Below, in pieces: positions 56,418-64,000 of a stretch of DNA of 64,000 nt (positions are counted from its first letter, which is position 1; every line of letters begins with the position of its first letter). The notes beneath the pieces were generated by a model. That model was not told the DNA's origin. It searched no databases and saw only the letters and a program-made list of their open reading frames with translations. Source of the DNA: Eledone cirrhosa (taxonomy: Eukaryota); the NCBI GenBank assembly GCA_964016885.1, contig OZ024741.1, forward strand, positions 335,606,001 through 335,670,000, in the 5' to 3' direction. The position numbers were made by a program, and so were the translations under genes.

Positions 56418-57227
56418 TAACACTCTCATTACCATATTTTTAATGAAATACACTGCATTTTAATTAGTTAATTAATGAAGATTTTTCAGAGATTTTCTAA
56501 AATAATTATTTCCTTATTGTGATGGTATTTTTCAGATAACAGAAATTAGTTTTTTCATGTCAAATTATGTTGGAAGATTTTAATATAAATAGGAATAGTG
56601 TTTCTGGGGAAGATGGTGAGATGGATCTAGAGTATCGAGACTTAACTATGGAATTACATAACTATTATCAATTAGTCACTATATCGATTCATCATGATCA
56701 ATTGACATTCTGAAACAATCATAAAACCAATGAACTGATTAAACAGTGCTGTTGGTAGGGGTCGAAATTTCAGAATCTATCTTGACGGCTGAAGACCTTG
56801 GAGTTCTGTGTCTTTTGTTTGTCTTTTTATTTTCCAAAAAATCTTTTTAAAGATTTACCCTTTAAAAATCTTTTTCATTCAGCCTTGCTTTCATTCATTG
56901 TCTTCTTTTTGTCAGTTATCCTAATTATTATTATTATTATTATTATTATGGCAGTATCGGTAGAGCGCCAGACACCATCCTTTGCAGCATAGAGTTATGG
57001 CCCTTTTACGTTCTGACTTGAAATCCCGCCGAGGTTAACTTTGCCTTTCATCCTTACGGGGTCGATAAAATAAAGTACCAGTAATGCTGGCCTTGTGCCA
57101 AAAGTAGAAACAATTATATATATATATATATATATATAGGGAGAGAGAGAGGAATATTCTAAAATGGCTGGTTTTGTTTCATAAAACTGTAGGTGGTTTT
57201 TGGGCAGGTTGATACTAAAATAGTTAA
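56417..57227 (+). mobile_element. Probable split family-A MITE (left part ~56417-56590, right end ~57160-57227) with intervening insertions
   Basis: TTAACACTCTCATTACCATATTT...GAAATACACTG matches the start of the 60176 copy. GGGCAGGTTGATACTAAAATAGTTAA matches the family right end. Confidence 0.5.
56949..57115 (+). mobile_element. Young S1 SINE
   Basis: GGCAGTATCGGTAGAGC head, the same core as the 56257 copy, and a tail running into (TA)n. Confidence 0.9.
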
Positions 57228-58116
57228 ATCACTCCAACAATCGTGCCATATTTTGCTGTTTAAATTTTTAGAATCGTGCTAATTTTCTATCCAACAAAAA
57301 CATGATTCTATCACACATTTAAAACATACATATCTCCTCCATGTCCCTGTTATTAAAATGCAATGACTATATATCTAATTCCCAACATAATTTCTTTATA
57401 TTAAGAACTTGTGCCTAGAACAGCAATCTAGTTACCCAATATTCTCTTTCGTGATGTGTGGCAAAATATAGGAATAAAGAAAGAAAGTTCTGCAACTAGG
57501 ATTCAAAAGCTCCACTAATCTTCTATAGATAGAAGTGGGAGACAGTTATTTCAAGCCATAAGTAAACACATTAAAATATAAAATAAATGTAAATGTTTAA
57601 TGCATAGCAGATTAGGAAATTATTTTATCTTCCATCTGTTCCTGATTTTTAATTTAAAAATTTTTATCTTTATTATTGGTGCCATTACATTTACTGCCAA
57701 ATTACCTTCGTTTTATGTCTTAATTATACTGGCTTTGTGGAAGTATATGTATGGGAGGTAATTACTTGCATTAAAGGATTTAATTGCACTAAAATAACCA
57801 ATATTGATCAAGCGAACACATAAGATAAATTGACATATTCAGTCTACTTGCTTTTTTTTCTGACTCATTAGTGCCGTTTGTTTAGCATAAAATAAAAATT
57901 TAAGAAGAAAACAAACCAAAAATGTATGAAAAAATCTTCACAAGTTGTGGCAATGATTTTATTTATCTCTATGTAATGCTCTAACAATTTTTTGGGAAGC
58001 AATATCCTATAGACAAATTTCAGTTTCTGCTAGGAATACCTTCATTTACTCTGCTAGTGTTTTTAGAAAAGGAATCAACACCACAACTTCTATTTATTCA
58101 TTTGCATATTTCTAAA

Positions 58117-58465
58117 ACATCATCATCATCATTTTTATGTCTGTTTTCCCATGCATGAGTTGGGTGGGTCCATTTCAGCACAGTATCTCTCCACTCACTG
58201 TGTTCTTTTCTCATTTCCTCTGTGAGTCTCAATGATCTGAGATCAACTCACACCACCTCTGCCCAGGTCTTCCTTGGTCTATCTCTACTGCAGCTTCCTT
58301 CAAATGGGATTTCCTGGCACTTCTTCACTCACTGATCATCATCCATACCAATACAGTCTTTTTTCTTGCACATCAATTCGGATTCCGCTTACACCCAGTT
58401 TCTCTCTCAGTTCATCCATGCTCTGCTTTTCTCTCACATTTACATTGCACATCCAATGAAGCATA
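58117..58465 (-). mobile_element. RTE-clade LINE 3' end with (GAT)n tail; a shorter related remnant lies at ~59915-60090
   Basis: The minus strand reads ...RPRKTWAEVV*VDLRSL...EW... and then an AACTCATGCATGGGAAAACAGAC-(GAT)n tail resembling the S4 SINE tail. Confidence 0.7.
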
Positions 58466-58569
58466 CATCACAACAATTTGTATGTAATGTACAGTAATGT
58501 GGTTAGTGATTGAATGGAGAGTGTAGGAGACCCTTTAGTCTTTTTGAAGACCTGGCAACTTCTCCATTG

Positions 58570-58835
58570 TTGGTGCCATGATAAAATGCACCCTGTATAC
58601 TCTGTAAAATGGTTGGCATTAGGAAGAGCATCCAGCTGTAGAAATCCTGTCTGAAATTGTAACACATAAGATATGGGACTGCAACTCATCTTTGAGGGTA
58701 GTAATTTCTGAATGAAGGCGCATGACTTTGTGGTTAGAGAATTGGATTCACAATTATGAGGCTGCAGGTTCAACTCCATCACTGGGCAATGTGTTGTGTC
58801 CTTGAGCAAGACACTTTACTTCATGTTGCTCTTTC
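58570..58835 (+). mobile_element. S4 fragment (~58570-58650) followed by an S2 5' fragment (~58712-58835)
   Basis: GGTTGGCATTAGGAAGAGCATCCAGCTGTAGAAA; GGTTCAACTCC...TCCTTGAGCAAGACACTTTA. Confidence 0.75.
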
Positions 58836-59209
58836 TGCCAGGAGTTGTATCAGCAATAGAAAACGAATGGAAACATTGTTTCCTAGGTCTGATTTAATGA
58901 GTTCCCACCTTCTCAGTAAGCAAATGACATCTGGAATTTGACAATCATTTAAATAAAATAACAAAAATACTGATTAGGAACTGACTGAAATTTGACTTTC
59001 TAATTGATGTTGGCATGGAAAGTGAAGGTGTGTAACATGTCACAGGTATTATATTTGGCAGGTGTAGTGGTCAAATTAAGGTATTTATAACTTTCTGTCT
59101 CCTGGTGTATCAATTGATATCATGCTGTAGATATTTTGTGTTCTTCAGAAAGATATTTGTGTCTTAATGGATATTGCTTTGTTTAAAAAATTGTTATAAA
59201 TATGTTATG

Positions 59210-59237
59210 CATGTGTATACGTATATGTGTGTGTATG

Positions 59238-59270
<33 letters not shown>

Positions 59271-59560
59271 GCATGTGTGTGTATATATATATATATATAT
59301 GTGTGTGTATTTATATATATGTGTATATATATATATATGTGTATATATATATATGCACGTGTATATATATGTGTGTATATATATATATGTGTATATATAT
59401 ATATGCATGTGTGTATATATATATATGTGTGTGTGTGTATATATATTTGTTTGTATTATGTATATGTGTGTGCATATGTGTATGTATATATGTGTGTGTG
59501 TGTGTCTGTATATATATATATATATATATATGTATATGTATGCATATCTGTGTGTGTGAG
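59210..59560. repeat. (TA)n/(TG)n compound microsatellite
   Basis: Directly visible. Confidence 0.95.
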
Positions 59561-60175
59561 TTCTAGTGTTGGTGCCATAAAACATATAGAAACCATGCCA
59601 AACTAGAATGTATGAGCATGGAATGACATCTGAGGTATCAAATCGCAGTACATGACAATCTATCTAACACATGCAAGAATGGAAAATAGATCTAAAATGG
59701 TATTTTGTAGTATTTCTTCCTACTCTTTGTATTCTCAGTTTAAATACTGCCATGGTCAGCTTGAGTGCTAGACTTAATCCCATTGTCTGCTATCATATCA
59801 CCACTTTACTTTTACAAGGCTTTTATCAGAATTCCTGACATTGCAAATATTTGGGCCAGTCTTAAAGGCCCCAGAAAAGGATCATAGGTACAGTTCTTCT
59901 CTCTCTGACTAAAACATCATTTTATAACTGATTTTCCATGCTTGGATAGGCTGGATGGGTGGTTTCCAGCACAGCATGCTTCCATTCTTTGTACTCCTTC
60001 ATCATCTCTGGAGCTTCAGCAATTTCATATCAGCTCTTGCTACTTCTGCCCAGGTCATCCTTGTTCTTCCTCTACTGCAACTAACTTTCACTGGAAATTT
60101 TTGATGAATAAATAAAATTAAATATCCTCAAAAATATGATTTATAAAGGTCATCTGTTGGTTGTTGACAATTTAA

Positions 60176-60388
60176 CCCCTTCACTACCATATTTCTATTG
60201 AAATACACTGTATTTGAATAAATAAAGAATTTGAAAGGATCTGATAAAATTATTTCATTATTAGGAAGGTATTTGTTACAAATTTATATAAAATTGTATT
60301 GAAAGATTTTTATTTATAGAGAAACCCTTTAATTTTAAGGATTTTGTTTCGTAGAAACAAAGTCAGTTTTTGGTGGGTACTAAAAGGG
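60176..60388 (+). mobile_element. Intact piggyBac-like MITE family A (213 bp), TTAA TSD
   Basis: TTAA|CCCCTTCACTACC ... GGTACTAAAAGGG|TTAA. CCC/GGG termini plus TTAA are the piggyBac hallmark. Confidence 0.8.
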
Positions 60389-60494
60389 TTAATAAATTGA
60401 AGTTATGATTCTGGTTAAGACAACATGTTATTCTCTGGTGCTGGCTGTGGTGGTGATGGTGGCAGTAACAGCAGCAGTAGTTCTAACATATAAT

Positions 60495-61402
60495 AATTGT
60501 TTCTACTTTTGGCACAAGTGTATTACTGGTACTTTATTTTATCGACCCCATAAGGATGAAAGGCAAAATTAACCTCGGCGGGATTTGAACTCAGACCATA
60601 AAGGGCCGTAACTCTTTGCTGCAAAGCATGGTGTCCGACGACCCTCTACCGATACTGCCAATCCACCGGCCTAACATATAATAATTGTTTCTACATTTGG
60701 CACAAGGCCATCAATTACCCAGTACATTACTGGTACTTTATTTTATCGACCCCGTAAGGATGAAAGGCAAAGTTAACCTCGGCGGGATTTGAACTCAGAC
60801 CGTAAAGGGACTTAACTATGCTGATAATAATGGTTTCCGATTTAGGTAGAAAGCCAACAATTTTTGGGGAAGTCAATTAAATCTAACCCAGTGCATTAAG
60901 GATGAATGGCAAAGCTAACATCAGCAGGATTTGAACTCAGAATGTAAAGAGATGTAACTATATGCTGCAAAGCATGTTGTCTGATGTTCTACCGATACTG
61001 TCAAACACAATACGGTTTCTGATTTAGGTAGAAGGCAAACAATTTTGGAGGAGGGGAAAATTAATTAAATCAACTCCAGTACATTGCTAGTACTTTTATT
61101 GACCTTGTAAAGATGAAAGGTTAATCTAACTTCAGCAGGATTTGAACTCAGAACATAAAGCGACTTAACTATATGCCACAAAACATGTTGCCCAATGCTC
61201 TACCAGTTACTGCCAAATATAATTGTTTCTACTTTTAGCACAAGGCCAGCAATTACCCCAGTACATTACTGGTTCTTTATGTTATTGACCCCCGTAAGGA
61301 TGAAAGGCAAATTTAACCTCGGCAGGATTTGAACTCAGAATGTAAAAGGTCATAACTCTATGCTACAAAGCATGGCGTCTGATGCTCTACCGATTCTGCC
61401 AA
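60495..61402 (-). mobile_element. Five head-to-tail S1 SINE copies
   Basis: GATGAA(A/T)GG...GGATTTGAACTCAGA recurs at ~60555, 60760, 60900, 61112 and 61300. The first copy is flanked by the TSD CTAACATATAATAATT (60483-60498 and 60671-60686). Confidence 0.92.
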
Positions 61403-61705
61403 TAAACAATAGAAAAATAGAAAAACTTAAAAATATTGTATTGTTCTATCCCATTGCACCTACTGCTATCCTATTCAGTTACTTGACTCAACTTCCTATG
61501 AACCACTCTCAGTGCCCTCCTCCTAACCCATCACACTGTTTCCTCCTTCACACGCAAACCATATTTTCTCTTGTTTCAAATCTTCTTCATCACTTAGCTG
61601 CAAATCCCTCCTCCACTAATGTTTCCTTGAAAGAATGGGGACTTAATGGAGTTGAGAGATTTATCTGGCTTTGTCCATCGCTGTTTCAAATAAAATGACT
61701 AAAGT

Positions 61706-61975
61706 TTGTCTCAGGCCTGGAGGCTCATCAGCCCAGTGCTTACCTCAGGTTCTGTGGCGTGATGCAACTGCGAATACAAGACTCCACCCTGGAGAGGACA
61801 CCAGTCCATTGCAAAGTTAAACCCCCAGGTATGGCTGCTGGTACTCATTTTCAGTTGAGTATACTGGAGCAACCTGAAATGAAGTGTTTTGCTCAAGAAC
61901 ACAACACACAACCCAGTCCTGGAATCGAACCTATGACATTATCCTAAGTCCGACACCCTATGCCATGCACCTCTA
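61706..61975 (-). mobile_element. S2 SINE
   Basis: GAAGTGTTTTGCTCAAGAACACAACAC...GGAATCGAACC. Reverse homolog of 46942-47190. Confidence 0.85.
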
Positions 61976-62213
61976 CTGGGTTTCAAATACCTCCCCAACT
62001 AATGTTTCCTTGAAAGAACGGGGACTACATGGAATGGAGAGGTTTCTCCGGCTTTGCAGGGATCAAAACAATCTTTCCAAGTGTTGAGGCCACTAGAGAA
62101 TGTACTCAATACGCTCTGTTGAATAGTAGGTGATCGGAGAAAATTTAGGCCATAACACTAAAATTCTATCTAGCTTTTGTGTGTATGTATATACACATAT
62201 AAATCTACGCTTT

Positions 62214-62251
62214 CACACACACACACACACACACAGACATACACACACACC

Positions 62252-62323
<72 letters not shown>
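62214..62323. repeat. (CA)n microsatellite
   Basis: Directly visible. Confidence 0.97.
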
Positions 62324-62327
<4 letters not shown>

Positions 62328-63001
62328 TGAATAAATTTATTACAGTTAAGTATTGAGTCGTTATTTTGGAGTTTCACCAGCGCACTTGCAGAATCATCTA
62401 TTTAGCCATAATAAATGAATATTTAAACTCTACTTCGGTATTGAGAACGCTTTTCTCTCGCTCGTCAACTACATACGAATATATATATATAAATCCACAC
62501 ACAAATATACATATACATACATACACATATAACTGTACATAAATGCAATAAATGTTATGTGTGTGTGTGCATTTTATTTTTACAAAAGCGCGATAATTGT
62601 CTGTAGTACAAGGGTAATAACTCAATCATGAATATAGAAGAGTTATTTCCCTTGCATCCCAGCTATGAAAGCTATGATTATAAATTCAGTTAATAGATAC
62701 TTCCATATAAGCATTCTATAGTCACCATCGATCGGTTCTAATAATAAAAACAAGAAGAATTTATCATTGATAAATCTGTCTTTCTGTATATATAAAGCAA
62801 CCATGTTGGCAATTTGTACATAGTGATCTCCCTTCCGCTTTTCCATCCTCTATGCATACACACACACCCCAGCAGGCCTGCAGATTGTGGCCATGCTGGA
62901 GTATCGCTTTAAAAGGGGTATAATTGATATCAAGCCAGTATTTTTTCAGGTTTGGTACTTTATCAATTTATTTTTGTCTGGAGACAAAGAGTATGCCCCC
63001 C

Positions 63002-63041
<40 letters not shown>

Positions 63042-63209
63042 GCACATAGACATATGCATATTTACATCAATATCTATACACACATAGACACATACACACA
63101 AACCCAGTCATATATATAAATATATTCAATTTGTTGGTAATTCAACAAATATAAATGTTTATAACTGATTCAGAGCACTCGACAGATTTTCTGGAGTATA
63201 ATATTCAAT

Positions 63210-63535
63210 AATATTAAATAAATGGAAACTATATTTATAAAACCACATTTATTCTATTATATATATTTGAAGGGTACCAAAACTTTGGTACGCTTTCATC
63301 AGATAAAATACAAAGTTTGTTTTATAAATTTTGACATAACCAAGAAAAGATAGCTTAACGGTTCAAGTTTTCCTTGGATAGTCACGTTAAGGTATCTTTT
63401 CTTGGTTATGTCAAAATTTATAAAACAAACTTTGTATTTTATCTGATGAAAGCGTACCAAAGTTTTGGTACCCTTCAAATATATATAATAGAATAAATGT
63501 GGTTTTATAAATATAGTTTCCATTTATTTAATATT
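63210..63535. repeat. Near-perfect inverted repeat: 151-bp arms (63210-63360 and 63385-63535), 24-bp spacer, one mismatch
   Basis: The arms were compared base by base. The only difference is GATAGCTTAACG versus CGTTAAGGTATC near the spacer. Confidence 0.97.
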
Positions 63536-63854
63536 GTATATATATTTATATATATATGTGTGTGTATATACTTTAGAGAATACTATATATTCTCAAGAGT
63601 TCTAACGAATGACAGAAGAGAGATACACAACTTGACAAAGGGCAATAGCCTAGAAACAATATTGTTCATTGTTTTTCTCTGTCACTGCTAGAACAAAAGG
63701 ATGGCAATGTTCATCTATAAAACAGCATAATGAGGCTGTTTGTTTGCAAACAAATTGAATATTATTATTGTTCTATATAAAACTCACAAATGCATTTATG
63801 TATCTGTTATGTTAGAGTGAAAAAACTAAATTCTAATGTTGTTTATATATATAT

Positions 63855-64000
63855 ATCATCATCGTTTTATGTCAATTTTTCCACACTAGCATGGGTTAGA
63901 CAATATATATAATTTCATTTTCATTTTACGTCTGCTTTTCCCTGCTTGCAAGGGTGGGACGAGAACTGATTCTGGCTTGATTTCTACAGCTGGGTGCCCT
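63855..64000 (-). mobile_element. S4 SINE fragments, truncated by the window edge
   Basis: CATCATCGTTTTATGTC...CTAGCATGGGTT and TTTCTACAGCTGGGTGCCCT. Confidence 0.65.

Noticed and set aside
63299-63523. 74-aa ORF within the palindrome
   Set aside because: It is AT-rich with no recognisable domain and is incidental to the inverted repeat.

Overview
This is eukaryotic genomic DNA, most likely from an octopus or other coleoid cephalopod. That call is inferred from the protocadherin type and the SINE/MITE landscape, not from a database search. The window has two halves. (1) Bases 1-~36,980 are one giant tandem array of a 30-bp unit, ACCACTACAACCAACAAGACACCACCACCT (~1,230 copies; it starts before the window). 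It has kb-scale higher-order duplications. One + frame reads as a mucin-like TTTTNKTPPP repeat that ends in TAA followed by AATAAA, but recurrent frameshifts and a few stops break it. Almost all ORF-track entries there are by-products of the repeat. (2) Bases ~37,000-64,000 are AT-rich and dense in microsatellites and transposons, with one solid gene segment. This is a large protocadherin exon (acceptor at 43245, ATG at 43311, donor after 45635) encoding a signal peptide, six cadherin repeats, a TM helix and the start of the tail. Its other exons could not be placed with confidence. Around it lie tRNA-derived SINEs, RTE-type LINE ends, TTAA/TA/9-bp-TSD MITEs (including a three-level nest), a 151-bp-arm near-perfect palindrome and a 114-nt hairpin. 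No new biological system is demonstrated. The best leads are the possibly coding 30-bp array, the orphan protocadherin exon and the two hairpins.
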